From Actinomycetes bacterium (GTDB lineage Bacteria; Actinomycetota; Actinomycetes; Nanopelagicales; Nanopelagicaceae), in assembly GCA_041303615.1 (NCBI GenBank), contig JBFYOX010000003.1:1333-65332 (forward strand): 64,000 nucleotides of DNA, given 5' to 3'. The notes beneath the pieces were generated by a model, which made no database searches, was not told the origin of the DNA, and saw nothing but the letters and a program-made list of their open reading frames with translations. The stretch's first letter is position 1, and each line of letters starts with the position of its first letter. Made by a program: the position numbers and the translations under genes. Positions 17,879-28,187 of the stretch are shown here, piece after piece.

Positions 17879-20254
17879 TTAAGGGCGATACATAGAGAGC
17901 TGGCCGCCTATACCAGCGACAAGATAACGTTTGCGCTCTACGACAACCCAGGCAGAAGATATTCCATCTTCGCTGACTTCTGCGGAAACTAGCGATACTG
18001 AGGGAAGGCCACGTGAGTGGTCTAGTACGCAGAGTCTCTTAGCGCAGTTAAAGGCAGTTGCCGTCCCATCAGTATTTAAAAATTTTCCTGGAGCCCCATA
18101 TTTCTCAGTCGATGCAAGGTTCTGCTGTGGAGTGCTCTGAACTAAACTCCATCGAATCTTTGACGGGTTTGGGGCAGTCGATGGTGATGCAACTAGCCAG
18201 CTAGCTGTTAATCCCGAAATATTCTTGGCGAGAGAAATATCGTATCCAGGCAGTGGAGTTGTTCCACCAGTGGAGTCTAGGTTGTAGTAATTCCAAGGAA
18301 GATTCGAGAATGTATCTCGAGAAGCAACCCGGACCTCGCCAGATGTGGGTTGCTTTCTCTGATTGATAGATAAGACAGAGTCGTAAATAACGAATGTCTT
18401 TCTTCCATTAAAAGCCGCCTTAAGATGGAAGCCAACATCGCCAGTGGTACGACCGTCAGTTTTACGATCGCCATCAATTAATTCATAACTCCACTTTGGT
18501 GAATTTCTAAGGCGAGATGCTCCCAGTAGGATTCCCTGGCTCTCATCGCGATAGAAGACCTGAACTCCCGCAGCTGTTGCTACGCAAGCGCTGGAGACGC
18601 TGACATCGCTTGCTGTGCGAGTTCGCACAGGATCTTTATAATCATTGACCGAAGTGCCATTTCCGTCGACTATCTCATATGTAAATTTCTTTCCATCATA
18701 TGTTGCGTAATGAAGGTCGCGATCCTTACTTTCTGAGTAGAAAATATGTAAAGTTTGTGTGGTACCAGAGCCATTTACGCAGGCTGAAATAGGGCTAGTT
18801 ATTGGACTTCTTGTACGTGGAGAGGTTCCGCCTGCACCGTCGACAGTTACCTTCTTCCAACTTCTACCATCCCAGCGTGCCAACTTGAGGCGACCAGTAA
18901 TTGCATCTGAATACAAAACAGCTGGTTTTAGATTGAAATTGATACTTGTTACATGCTTTGTAATTACATTCTTATCAATAACAAATCGATTCCAAGGGGC
19001 TTGTGGAGCAATCGGTGCGGTAACAACAGGGTCAGAGCTCCCATTGGCGTTTGTGGCAGTAATGCTAAATGTGTAGTCCACTCCGTTCTTAAGCCCCGTA
19101 AATCTAATTGGCGATGCTGAAGCACTCTTGACTTCGTTAGTGACTAAATTTTTAACAGAATATGTCGAAATCTGTGCTGGTCGCGCATTTGCCGGAGGAT
19201 CGAAGGTAATGATTGCTTCTCTATCTGAGACAAGTGCGGCGGCATTGCGCACCAACTGTGGAGTTCCTACCGCTACTCCAACAGGTGGTTTGCGGCGCAT
19301 ATCTTCCATCATGGCAATGAGTAGCGGTCCTGGCTCTCGAAAAATCTCGCCAGCATCAAGATTTGGCGTCATCATGCGATTTAAAGTTGAAGTTGAGAAA
19401 GTAGCTTCATCTAAATGACTAACAGAAGAACCTTCTTCATATCGAGGCGGTGTGTATAGAAGTGGTTTGGTTCCACCATTTGCAGCGATTCCAAGTCCAC
19501 CAGACCATACGAGCGTCGATGTAAGCGCCTTACCAAGTTCTAGTGATGGACTCGGAAGATCTGATAGACGACGCCCATCAGGTAACTGTGCATATGCTGA
19601 ATACGGAGTTGGCTGGTCCATGCTCCCGTAACCAAAGAAGTTGTCGTAAGAGTCGGTGGATAAGAATCCAAGTCCATGTGCCATTTCGTGAAGAAATACC
19701 GATTGGAGGTCATATTCGTTAAATCGTGGCGACCCATCATTTCTTGTATTCCAGCTTGCTGAAGAGTTGACCTCAATAACCATTTCAACATCGTCGGTAT
19801 CTAGATCTTTACCAGCAAGCGCATTTGCAAATGCCGATGGATACCAAAGAGTTGGATCGGGCGCACCAACAAAACCGGAATAGAAACTGCCAGGTCTAGC
19901 ACTACCAAGTATTGAAGAAGAAGATGATCTGCTCCAGGTGGCATCAATTGTTACAGGAATTTTTGATGAAAAGTTTGCGGCCCAAATTTCCACTGCAGCT
20001 TGCAAATCGCGCTTTGCCCAATCCGGAAAATTCTTATAGTTAACGATGAATTTTGATTTCTGCTCTAAGTTTGCAACCTTTGGGTCGCGGGTTTGGAGGG
20101 TTGCAGAAGTAGGCCCAGCGAATGTGTGGCCCCAAACAGTTGATGGCGCAGTTCTAAATGTATTAACCGCTTGAGATTGAACAGGGGTTGCAAATGAGAA
20201 GAGAAGAGTAAACAGGGCGAGAGCGCTCGTGGATTTGCGCGTGAAGGCTCTCAT
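17879..20254 (-). CDS. Secreted putative zinc metallopeptidase with fibronectin type III domain and C-terminal beta-propeller repeats
   Basis: Signal peptide; VFLHEMAHGLGF (HExxH), GSSVSHLDE and MMTP; FN3 segment (ITFDPP..YSV..FTGLKNGVDYTFSITATNANGSS); repeats such as LHIFYSE..DLHYATYDGKKFTYEIVDG. Confidence 0.75.
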   Translation of the reverse strand: MRAFTRKSTSALALFTLLFSFATPVQSQAVNTFRTAPSTVWGHTFAGPTSATLQTRDPKVANLEQKSKFIVNYKNFPDWAKRDLQAAVEIWAANFSSKIPVTIDATWSRSSSSSILGSARPGSFYSGFVGAPDPTLWYPSAFANALAGKDLDTDDVEMVIEVNSSASWNTRNDGSPRFNEYDLQSVFLHEMAHGLGFLSTDSYDNFFGYGSMDQPTPYSAYAQLPDGRRLSDLPSPSLELGKALTSTLVWSGGLGIAANGGTKPLLYTPPRYEEGSSVSHLDEATFSTSTLNRMMTPNLDAGEIFREPGPLLIAMMEDMRRKPPVGVAVGTPQLVRNAAALVSDREAIITFDPPANARPAQISTYSVKNLVTNEVKSASASPIRFTGLKNGVDYTFSITATNANGSSDPVVTAPIAPQAPWNRFVIDKNVITKHVTSINFNLKPAVLYSDAITGRLKLARWDGRSWKKVTVDGAGGTSPRTRSPITSPISACVNGSGTTQTLHIFYSESKDRDLHYATYDGKKFTYEIVDGNGTSVNDYKDPVRTRTASDVSVSSACVATAAGVQVFYRDESQGILLGASRLRNSPKWSYELIDGDRKTDGRTTGDVGFHLKAAFNGRKTFVIYDSVLSINQRKQPTSGEVRVASRDTFSNLPWNYYNLDSTGGTTPLPGYDISLAKNISGLTASWLVASPSTAPNPSKIRWSLVQSTPQQNLASTEKYGAPGKFLNTDGTATAFNCAKRLCVLDHSRGLPSVSLVSAEVSEDGISSAWVVVERKRYLVAGIGGQLSMYRP

Positions 20255-20289
20255 AGCGGGTAACGCTATCAGGATGCGAGAATGGCGTC

Positions 20290-20541
20290 ATGGTTACAGT
20301 CACGGTCTACTCTCGCCACGGCTGCCATCTCTGCGAAAGCGCCGAGAAAATTATCAAATCGCTAAGGGAAGAGTTGGAATATTCTGTGGAGATTCTCTAC
20401 ATAGATGAGAACCGAGAGTTAGAGACTTTGTACGGAAACGAAGTTCCTGTCATTCATATCAACGGCGAACATCACGACTTTTATAAAGTCGATCCAGTTA
20501 GATTTAGAACTTCCCTTGAAAGATATCGTCCGCATCAATAA
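20290..20541 (+). CDS. Glutaredoxin-like protein (DUF836 type)
   Basis: YSRHGCHLC CxxC motif and VPVIHING; 83 aa. Confidence 0.88.
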   Translation: MVTVTVYSRHGCHLCESAEKIIKSLREELEYSVEILYIDENRELETLYGNEVPVIHINGEHHDFYKVDPVRFRTSLERYRPHQ

Positions 20542-22153
20542 TTCGGTATGAATAGCCTTGTTCGGCTAGAAATCTCTGGCGATTTTGTGCAAAATCTTGA
20601 TCGATAGTGTCTCGTGAAATCACTGAGTAAAACTTTGCTCCGCGACCATCAGCTTTCGGCCTCAGGATTCGACCAAGTCTTTGGGCTTCTTCCTGCCTTG
20701 AACCAAATGCACCAGATACCTGAATGGCAATTGTTGCTTCAGGTAGATCAACAGAGAAGTTGGCAACTTTAGAAACAACTAAACATGTAATTTCTCCAGT
20801 ACGGAAAGCGGCAAATAGTCGTTCACGTTCCTTCTGAGGAGTATCTCCCTTAATGACGGGAACCCCTAAAGTTTCAGATAGATCATCAAGTTGATCAAGG
20901 TATTGGCCGATTACAAGAATTTGTTCATTGGCGTGATACGCAACGATTTCTTCGACGACTGTTCGCTTAGTGCGAGTCGTTGCACATGTTCGATAACGAT
21001 CTTCAGGTTCTGCGGTTGCGTAGGTAAGACGTTCTGCTTCTGTGAGATTTACACGAACCTCAATACATTCAGCAGGTGCAATGTAGCCCTGAGCTTCAAT
21101 CTCTTTCCAAGGTACATCAAATCTTTTTGGACCAATAAGTGAGAAGACTTCGCCTTCCATTCCATCTTCTCTAACTAATGTGGCGGTAAGACCTAAACGT
21201 CTGCGAGATTGAATATCTGCAGTAAAGCGGAAGATTGGTGCAGGAAGTAAGTGCACTTCGTCATAAATAATCAGGCCCCAGTCATGGGTATCAAAGAGGT
21301 CAAGGTGGGCATAGACGCCATTCTTCTTCTTTGTCATAACTTGATAGGTGGCAATAGTTACAGGGCGAATCTCTTTCTTCGCACCGGAATATTCGCCGAT
21401 TTCATCCTCATTGAGTGTTGTGCGCTTTAAGAGTTCATCTCGCCATTGGCGAGCAGCCACAGTGTTTGTTACCAAAATTAATGTTGTCGCCTTCGCATGT
21501 GCCATCGCTGCTGCGCCGACAATTGTCTTTCCTGCACCGCATGGGAGAACTACAACGCCAGAACCTCCATGCCAAAAACCTTCGGCAGCATGCTCTTGGT
21601 ACTGACGAATCTTCCAGCCATCTTGCTTGAGATCAATATCGTGCGCTTGTCCATCTACATAACCTGCGAAATCTTCGGCTGGCCAACCAAGTCTCAAGAG
21701 AGATTGCTTGATCTGTCCACGCTGACTTGGGTGCACAGCAATCGTTTCATTGTCGATGCGAACTCCAAGCAATGGAGCAATCTTCTTTGCTCGGATTACT
21801 TCTTCAAGTACTCCAGTATCTGTTGTTACAAGAATGAGGCCGTGAACTGGATCTGCCTCAAGTCGCAGCCGCCCGTAGCGAGACATAGTTTCTGCGACAT
21901 CAACAAGGATTGAGTGTGGAACCGCATAACGTGAATACTTAATAAGAGTATCGATAACTAGTTCTGCATCATGGCCAGCTGCTCGCGCATTCCAGAGACC
22001 AAGGTTTGTTAAACGATAGGTATGGATATGTTCTGGCGATCTTTCAAGTTCTGCAAATGGTGCAATAGCGCGACGACATTCTGTTGAAAGAATATGGTCT
22101 ACATCAAGCAGAAGTGTCTTATCGCTCTGGACAATTAGCGGTCCATCGGTCAT
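20504..22153 (-). CDS. XPB/Ssl2-like DNA repair helicase
   Basis: MTDGPLIVQSD start (ATG 22153, ATGA overlap), LPCGAGKT, DEVH, GLTATLVRED, QRLGRILR motifs. Confidence 0.94.
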   Translation of the reverse strand: MTDGPLIVQSDKTLLLDVDHILSTECRRAIAPFAELERSPEHIHTYRLTNLGLWNARAAGHDAELVIDTLIKYSRYAVPHSILVDVAETMSRYGRLRLEADPVHGLILVTTDTGVLEEVIRAKKIAPLLGVRIDNETIAVHPSQRGQIKQSLLRLGWPAEDFAGYVDGQAHDIDLKQDGWKIRQYQEHAAEGFWHGGSGVVVLPCGAGKTIVGAAAMAHAKATTLILVTNTVAARQWRDELLKRTTLNEDEIGEYSGAKKEIRPVTIATYQVMTKKKNGVYAHLDLFDTHDWGLIIYDEVHLLPAPIFRFTADIQSRRRLGLTATLVREDGMEGEVFSLIGPKRFDVPWKEIEAQGYIAPAECIEVRVNLTEAERLTYATAEPEDRYRTCATTRTKRTVVEEIVAYHANEQILVIGQYLDQLDDLSETLGVPVIKGDTPQKERERLFAAFRTGEITCLVVSKVANFSVDLPEATIAIQVSGAFGSRQEEAQRLGRILRPKADGRGAKFYSVISRDTIDQDFAQNRQRFLAEQGYSYRIIDADDIFQGKF

Positions 22154-23250
22154 GAGAGAAGCTCCAGAATAAATGCATGTAAGAAATCGCTTCGCTCTTG
22201 AATTGTTGAAACCTTGACCCACTCGGATGGGGCATGTGCGCCGCCCCCAATTGCTCCTAGGCCGTCTAGTACTTGAGCGCCTGCAGCAGCTGCAAAATTG
22301 CCATCGCTGGCTCCACCAACTTCAGCTGAACCAAGTGGTTGCATACCAAGTTGCGCAGCTACTTTTTCAGCTCGATCATAAAGAGCCTTCGTTGAAGATG
22401 GTTGCAATGGTGGGCGATTCAAGCCACCGGTAATCTCAATTTCAGCCTTTGGGTTAACAGAGGCAAATGATTTGATTTCTCGATCAACGCGCTCGAGCTC
22501 TGATTGTGAGAATGAACGAGCATCAATATCGAGTATTGCAAGATCAGGAACCGTATTAGTTGTATTTCCAGATGATAAAAGCGTTGGTACAACAGTTGTG
22601 CCCTGCTCAGAATTTTCAAGGGCAGATAGCTTTAAAATTGCATGGGCAATCTCAGTTGTTGAGTTCACGCCCTTCTCAGGTTCGAGACCGGCATGTGAGG
22701 CCAATCCGCGAACTTTGATTTGATACATCGCAGTACCTTTGCGACCAGTCTTCACTTTGCCATCGAGAGATGCTTCTAGAACTAAGACAGCTTTAGCTTG
22801 AGCAGATATCTCTTTGATCAATGCCTTTGAGGCATGACTACCGGTCTCTTCATCAGTTGTAGCAATCAGCGCAACCGAACCTTCAATACCTTTAAGTGCG
22901 TACAGTGCTTGGATAAATCCAGCTTTCATATCGAATGCGCCGGGACCTCGTAGAACATCACCATCGATCTCCCACAGCGGTTGATATGAACCATGTGGCC
23001 AAACGGTATCCAGATGTGCAAGAAGTACTATCTCTGGTTTCTCTGCGCCCCACCAAAAAACGGGGCGTCCTTCAATCTCTTTAATCTGCGCAGGTGCTCC
23101 GAGCACTCTTTCTGCTATCTGGCTTGCAAGTGCAACAACAGAACGGCAGGCGGCGAGATCGTCGCTAGGCGATTCACAACGAACTAACGCTTCGAGGTCT
23201 GCCAACATGGGCTTAAGTCTGCCGTATTCAGGGGTCATCGCGCTCGTCAT
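22150..23250 (-). CDS. M20 metallopeptidase (glutamate carboxypeptidase-like)
   Basis: HLDTVW, GPGAFDMKAG, DEETGS, SHAG, GGASDGN, GGGAHA motifs. Confidence 0.9.
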   Translation of the reverse strand: MTSAMTPEYGRLKPMLADLEALVRCESPSDDLAACRSVVALASQIAERVLGAPAQIKEIEGRPVFWWGAEKPEIVLLAHLDTVWPHGSYQPLWEIDGDVLRGPGAFDMKAGFIQALYALKGIEGSVALIATTDEETGSHASKALIKEISAQAKAVLVLEASLDGKVKTGRKGTAMYQIKVRGLASHAGLEPEKGVNSTTEIAHAILKLSALENSEQGTTVVPTLLSSGNTTNTVPDLAILDIDARSFSQSELERVDREIKSFASVNPKAEIEITGGLNRPPLQPSSTKALYDRAEKVAAQLGMQPLGSAEVGGASDGNFAAAAGAQVLDGLGAIGGGAHAPSEWVKVSTIQERSDFLHAFILELLS

Positions 23251-25448
23251 AGCGCTGCCACCCCAGTAATACGGGCGATTCGGAAGGTTTGGACTTCACC
23301 TGTTGCGTGGTCTCGAGCGATAAGCGCTCCAGCTGAGAGTTTGAGTGGGTCAATGATGCGATGCGAAACCAATCCATTGTTATCGGCGTAACCAATTGAA
23401 AGTGAAGATGCTGGTTGATTTTGTAGATAGTTACTTAGTAACTCAAGAGTTTCATTTGCAGTAGTTCTAGGTAATGAACCCAAAGCTTCCGTTGCAATAT
23501 TTCGCATCGTGCTCTGCTTGCGACTAGATTTTTCACCTGTACGAAGTGCCCGAAGAGCTCCTTCTATTTGAATCTCATCTGGCTTATCAATCTCTCCAAT
23601 TATTCGCGGAGGACGCGCTTTATTTTGCGCACGTTGAATGCGTGGTCCACTTAGAAGAATTCCACGTGAATCCTCACCAGCTGGAAGATATCCGCAGCTT
23701 CGTAGCACGTTCATCGCTTCTGCTGCATCATGGCCACAAATCAATACCTCGGGTGCAATTCGACGCAGAGATAAAATATCTAAACGCTTATCCCCGAGAA
23801 TTTGAGTGATGAGCGCTGCATCTTCGCATCGGATAAAGGAAGCTGTATTTCCTACACGTAGCTTTCCATGCTTCTTCGCAACATCGGCAATCAAGTATTC
23901 GAGCGGCTGTGGCATTGGTGTCTTAGATGTCTTGCTGAGAAATTTGCTAATTTCATCGCCAGTGCGACCGTGGTCTAGGCCGCGTCTAATTGAATGTTCT
24001 GAGAATCTAAATACTGTTGCACCACCACGGGATTCAACATCGGCAATAAGGGCTAATTCTTGAGCTACTTCATGCTCGAGTGGTCCAGGTGCAATTGCAG
24101 TGTTATCACTCTGAATAAGAATATGGTCTACAGATTTAGGTAGATCGCTCTGAATTGAATCGTTATCGCCACCATCGAGGAAATCGATACCGTAGCCTGA
24201 AATCTGACCCTGGCCCGTAATTCCTAACCATTCTGCTTCGCGTAAAGTCCAAGAAACATAATCCTTCTGCAATCCACCTGATCGCTTACTTGGCGCTTGC
24301 CATTGCGCAGCTAGGTAGATCGAATCTAAATCAGGTGCGATAGCTTCATTCTCTTTAAGAAGTTGAAGCACCAACTTTCTGGTACTCGCGGCAAGAGAAC
24401 GATCGAGTTCAGGGCCAAGAGGTGCAATATTTTTCTGCCCTTCTTTGCCAACTAAGCCTGACATACGAGAAGAGATTAACCATGCAGATGCGAGTAATTG
24501 CCAACGTACAGAGGCGCTCTGTGTTAACCACATATCGAATTGATGAGTAGGTAGTACTTTGTCATCCGCATCAATCGTTAAAAGCCCTGCGAGATAAGAG
24601 ACCTCTGCAATAAATGCAGCACAAGATTCATCGACCCCGAGATGAAGCGATAGCTCTTTTAATTCTCGAACTCCAACGCCGCCTGATCTCAGAGCGGTTG
24701 CAGGTTCTTGAGCCCAATAATTTAAGACCTCTTCAGTCCAGCGAAGGAATGTTGTTATATTCGCAATAGCTGCGAGCTGAGTATTGCGTGCATCTCTCGC
24801 ACTGCCAGAGATTGTCGGAGGAGTATTTTCGAGAGTGCGATGAACTTTGTTTCCTCGCAAATAGATCGCTACTTCTCGGGGCATTACTACCGTTTGCTGG
24901 CTAAAGGGAATAAGAAACTTCTCTTCAAGTAACCACTGGACACCTGCGCCAGGTTTCTTAAGGTCACTGATGGAACCTCTGGGCGGACCCCACAACATTG
25001 CATCGAGAACCTTCTTAGATGCAGGCGGGGCTTCCTCTAGTTTCTTCAACTTGAGTGGCGCAAGAGATGCTGGTCCTAGACCCGCAATTTCATTTCCTAA
25101 TACTTCTCGCAGGTTTGTGGGTACACGGTAACCATCTTTATCGTGATAAATCAGGGCTCGATCAATCAGCGCAGGAAGGATGAAAAGAGCAGATTTATCG
25201 CTGAGCGAGGTGACCTCTTTCTCGGTGAATGGTTCATTTAACACCGCGCAAATTTCAAGAATTTGTAGTTGAAATTTGTTTAAGCCATCAACGGCGCGGG
25301 CGAGGCTTGGTGCAGATGATGCGCGGATTGCAAGGCTTGCAATATCTGGAGGAACTGGCGTTACTAGATCCGGGCGATGAGTAAATATGGAAATAAGCGC
25401 AGCATCATCGAGTGCACGCAGGTAGTCGGCATAAGAACGAATTTCCAT
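23247..25448 (-). CDS. XPB-associated protein with Helicase_C_3 domain and C-terminal WYL-like domain (Rv0862c-like)
   Basis: ILIQSDNTAIAPGPL..ESRGGATVFRFSEHSIRRGLD..PQPLEYLI; C-terminus IGYADNNG..RIIDP..TFRIARI resembles WYL; same operon as XPB. Confidence 0.82.
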   Translation of the reverse strand: MEIRSYADYLRALDDAALISIFTHRPDLVTPVPPDIASLAIRASSAPSLARAVDGLNKFQLQILEICAVLNEPFTEKEVTSLSDKSALFILPALIDRALIYHDKDGYRVPTNLREVLGNEIAGLGPASLAPLKLKKLEEAPPASKKVLDAMLWGPPRGSISDLKKPGAGVQWLLEEKFLIPFSQQTVVMPREVAIYLRGNKVHRTLENTPPTISGSARDARNTQLAAIANITTFLRWTEEVLNYWAQEPATALRSGGVGVRELKELSLHLGVDESCAAFIAEVSYLAGLLTIDADDKVLPTHQFDMWLTQSASVRWQLLASAWLISSRMSGLVGKEGQKNIAPLGPELDRSLAASTRKLVLQLLKENEAIAPDLDSIYLAAQWQAPSKRSGGLQKDYVSWTLREAEWLGITGQGQISGYGIDFLDGGDNDSIQSDLPKSVDHILIQSDNTAIAPGPLEHEVAQELALIADVESRGGATVFRFSEHSIRRGLDHGRTGDEISKFLSKTSKTPMPQPLEYLIADVAKKHGKLRVGNTASFIRCEDAALITQILGDKRLDILSLRRIAPEVLICGHDAAEAMNVLRSCGYLPAGEDSRGILLSGPRIQRAQNKARPPRIIGEIDKPDEIQIEGALRALRTGEKSSRKQSTMRNIATEALGSLPRTTANETLELLSNYLQNQPASSLSIGYADNNGLVSHRIIDPLKLSAGALIARDHATGEVQTFRIARITGVAAL

Positions 25449-25493
25449 AACCTGCCAACGATAGCCGTTAGTGAGGTGAGTGTGCCAATCGAG

Positions 25494-26255
25494 CTAGCGT
25501 TTGCGCGGGGTAAGAAATGTAATGAAAGCAGCTGCTCTGCTTACCGCAGGTCCTAACAAGCGGTTAATGAATCGAGCCTTACGAAAGTCATGGATGGGCC
25601 AACCTTCAGCAAGTGCACGAATTCGCAATATTGCATCAGGGTTGATTGCACAGGGATGTCCAACTGCTTGCAGAAGCGGGATGTCATTGTGACTATCAGA
25701 ATATGAAAAACACTCGTCGAGATTAAATCCGTGAACTTTAGCGAGTTCTTGTACCGCGACAGCCTTTTCAGTACCGTGCAGCAACTTTCCTTCAAGTGCC
25801 CCGGTATAGATTCCATCTTCGATACTCGCCTTACTTCCAAGTGCACCAGTTAAACCTAGACGCGATGCGATGATATTTGCCATATCTTGTGGTGCGGCAG
25901 TTACAAGCCAAACTTCTTCACCCTTGTCGAGATGGGATTTGGCAATTTCAAAGGTTCCTTGCCAAAGTTTTGGTGAAACGTATTCATCGTAAATCTCTTC
26001 ACCGATCTTCTTAATCTCTTCTACTTTATGGCCACCAATAAAATCAGTCGCAGCCTTTTGAAATTTATCGATGACTTCTTTCTTTTCAGTGCCGGTCATT
26101 CGAAAGCGAAGGTTGGCGACCACAAAACGAGAAATATCGGCTTTGGTGAAAAAGCCTCGTTGGTACATGCCTCTTCCGAGAAAGTAGAGGGTTGACCCTC
26201 GAACAAGGGTGTTATCTACATCGAAGAAGGCCGCTCGTTTTGAGGTGAGTGCCAT
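25494..26255 (-). CDS. HAD-IB family hydrolase (SerB1-like)
   Basis: AAFFDVDNTL, VTAAP, YSDSHND.PLL, INPD motifs. Confidence 0.9.
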   Translation of the reverse strand: MALTSKRAAFFDVDNTLVRGSTLYFLGRGMYQRGFFTKADISRFVVANLRFRMTGTEKKEVIDKFQKAATDFIGGHKVEEIKKIGEEIYDEYVSPKLWQGTFEIAKSHLDKGEEVWLVTAAPQDMANIIASRLGLTGALGSKASIEDGIYTGALEGKLLHGTEKAVAVQELAKVHGFNLDECFSYSDSHNDIPLLQAVGHPCAINPDAILRIRALAEGWPIHDFRKARFINRLLGPAVSRAAAFITFLTPRKR

Positions 26256-26306
26256 GTCACTACCCTAGCGATAAGAGGGATAAATAGACGCTTTATGATT
26301 GCTCCC

Positions 26307-26927
26307 ATGAGTTCAACAGTGCACGTGGTTCGCCACGGCGAAGTAGAGAATCCAGAGAAGATTCTTTATGGACGTCAACCAGGTTGGCGTTTATCTAAGC
26401 GCGGCCAAGAGATGGCTGAGGTAATTGGCGAATGGTCTAAACCATTAGATCTCGGGGCCCTTCATGTTTCTCCTCTGCAACGAGCCCAAGAAACTGCAGC
26501 GCCAATTTCGCGCGCTCATTCACTTCCAATTACTACTGATGAAAAGTTAATCGAAGCAGCGAATATATTTGAAGGAAAGAAATTTGAACTAGGTAGCGGA
26601 GTCCTTCGTCATCCTGCTGCTTGGAAGTATTTGTACAACCCTTGGAAACCTTCTTGGGGTGAACCATACGAAGAGCAGATTTCTCGGATGCTTGCTGCAA
26701 TCTTTGATGCAAAGAAGGCGGCAAATGGAAAGGACGCAATTGTAGTTTCACATCAATTGCCAATCTGGATCCTCAGAAGTGCGATTGAAGGACGAAAGCT
26801 CCTTCATGATCCTCGTAAACGCGAGTGCACACTGGCATCTGTGACAAGCGTTCACTTTGATGATGATGGAATGATTTCAGGAACTTCTTACTCAGAACCA
26901 GCCAAGCATTTACTTCCAGAGAAATAA
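26307..26927 (+). CDS. Histidine phosphatase family protein (Rv0525-like)
   Basis: VRHGEV, SPLQRAQET, VSHQLPI; start placed at ATG 26307, 7 nt after TATGAT. Confidence 0.88.
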   Translation: MSSTVHVVRHGEVENPEKILYGRQPGWRLSKRGQEMAEVIGEWSKPLDLGALHVSPLQRAQETAAPISRAHSLPITTDEKLIEAANIFEGKKFELGSGVLRHPAAWKYLYNPWKPSWGEPYEEQISRMLAAIFDAKKAANGKDAIVVSHQLPIWILRSAIEGRKLLHDPRKRECTLASVTSVHFDDDGMISGTSYSEPAKHLLPEK

Positions 26928-26928
26928 T

Positions 26929-27465
26929 ATGAAGAAATTCGCTCCCGCTGCATTAGCTCTCTTACTTTTAACGAGCTGTAGCAATGGGGGAGTTTCGCAA
27001 GCTGAGGAAAGTTTTATCTCTGGTGATGGCGCCGTCACTTTTATTAAGAGCAGTGACCGCATTAAGGCCCCGAAGATTTCAGGTATGACACTGCTAGGGA
27101 CAAATTATAAGTTTGAGGGCGGGAAAATTGCTGTCGTAAATGTTTGGGCGTCGTGGTGCTCTCCGTGTCGTGCAGAAGAACCTGCTCTTTCGGCAATGGC
27201 AAAGCAGTATTCAGATGTGGAATTCATTGGAATTTTGACCCGTGATAACCCAGTTAATGCGGAAGCATTTGCACGTAAACGTGGAATTCCCTATCCAACT
27301 TTGATTGATGATTCGATTTTAGTCGGGTTTAGAAAATCTCTTCCTGCTAATGCAATCCCATCAACTGTTGTGATTGATAAATCAGGAAAAGTTGCTGCAA
27401 GAGTTTCGGGCGCTGTCACAATCGCTTCATTGACTGAAATCATTGAGAGAGTCTCAGAAGAATGA
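26929..27465 (+). CDS. resA: TlpA/ResA-family thiol-disulfide oxidoreductase lipoprotein
   Basis: Lipobox LTSC, NVWASWCSPCRAE, IPST; in cytochrome c maturation operon. Confidence 0.9.
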   Translation: MKKFAPAALALLLLTSCSNGGVSQAEESFISGDGAVTFIKSSDRIKAPKISGMTLLGTNYKFEGGKIAVVNVWASWCSPCRAEEPALSAMAKQYSDVEFIGILTRDNPVNAEAFARKRGIPYPTLIDDSILVGFRKSLPANAIPSTVVIDKSGKVAARVSGAVTIASLTEIIERVSEE

Positions 27466-28187
27466 CAGATTTCTTTGTCGAGCAACTATTTAGTGGGTTT
27501 TTGCTCACAGCATTTCCATTAGCCCTCCTAGCCGGTCTCATCTCCTTCGCTTCGCCTTGTGTACTTCCGCTTGTCCCGGGTTATCTCGCTTTTGCGGCAG
27601 GCTTCTCAAACTCTCGAGGCAAAGTTCTCTTAGGTTCCACACTTTTTGTACTTGGATTTAGCGCCTTATTTATTTCCTATGGCGCTCTCTTCGGAGAACT
27701 TGGTTCGAGAGTTGCAACAAATGAAGAGTCGATAACTCGCGCACTGGGCACATTTACGATTGTGATGGGCGTGATTTTTCTAGGGGCATTTCCATTGATG
27801 CCGACTATCAAGCCGAAGATCTCAACATCAGGCGGTCTCATTGGTGCACCCATCCTCGGTTTTCTCTTTGGAGTCGGTTGGACTCCTTGTATTGGGCCTG
27901 CCCTAGCAAGCGTTCAAGCTTTAGCTTTCCAAGAGTCCAGTGCCCTTCGAGGTGCAGTTCTCTCCTTGGGGTATTGCATTGGACTTGGTCTACCGTTTAT
28001 TGCAACAGGTCTTTTTCTAGACAAATCTCAACCAATTCGAAAATTCTTAGTCAAACGTGGCGGGATCATTGCAAAGACTGGTGGCGCAATCCTGATTCTT
28101 ATCGGCCTCCTTCAACTATTTGGAATTTGGGCAGATTTAATGATTTCACTTCGCTCACTTATCTCTGACTTTAACCCGGTGATCTAA
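27462..28187 (+). CDS. ccdA: Cytochrome c biogenesis protein CcdA
   Basis: SFASPCVLPLVPGY and GWTPCIGP motifs. Confidence 0.95.
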   Translation: MTDFFVEQLFSGFLLTAFPLALLAGLISFASPCVLPLVPGYLAFAAGFSNSRGKVLLGSTLFVLGFSALFISYGALFGELGSRVATNEESITRALGTFTIVMGVIFLGAFPLMPTIKPKISTSGGLIGAPILGFLFGVGWTPCIGPALASVQALAFQESSALRGAVLSLGYCIGLGLPFIATGLFLDKSQPIRKFLVKRGGIIAKTGGAILILIGLLQLFGIWADLMISLRSLISDFNPVI

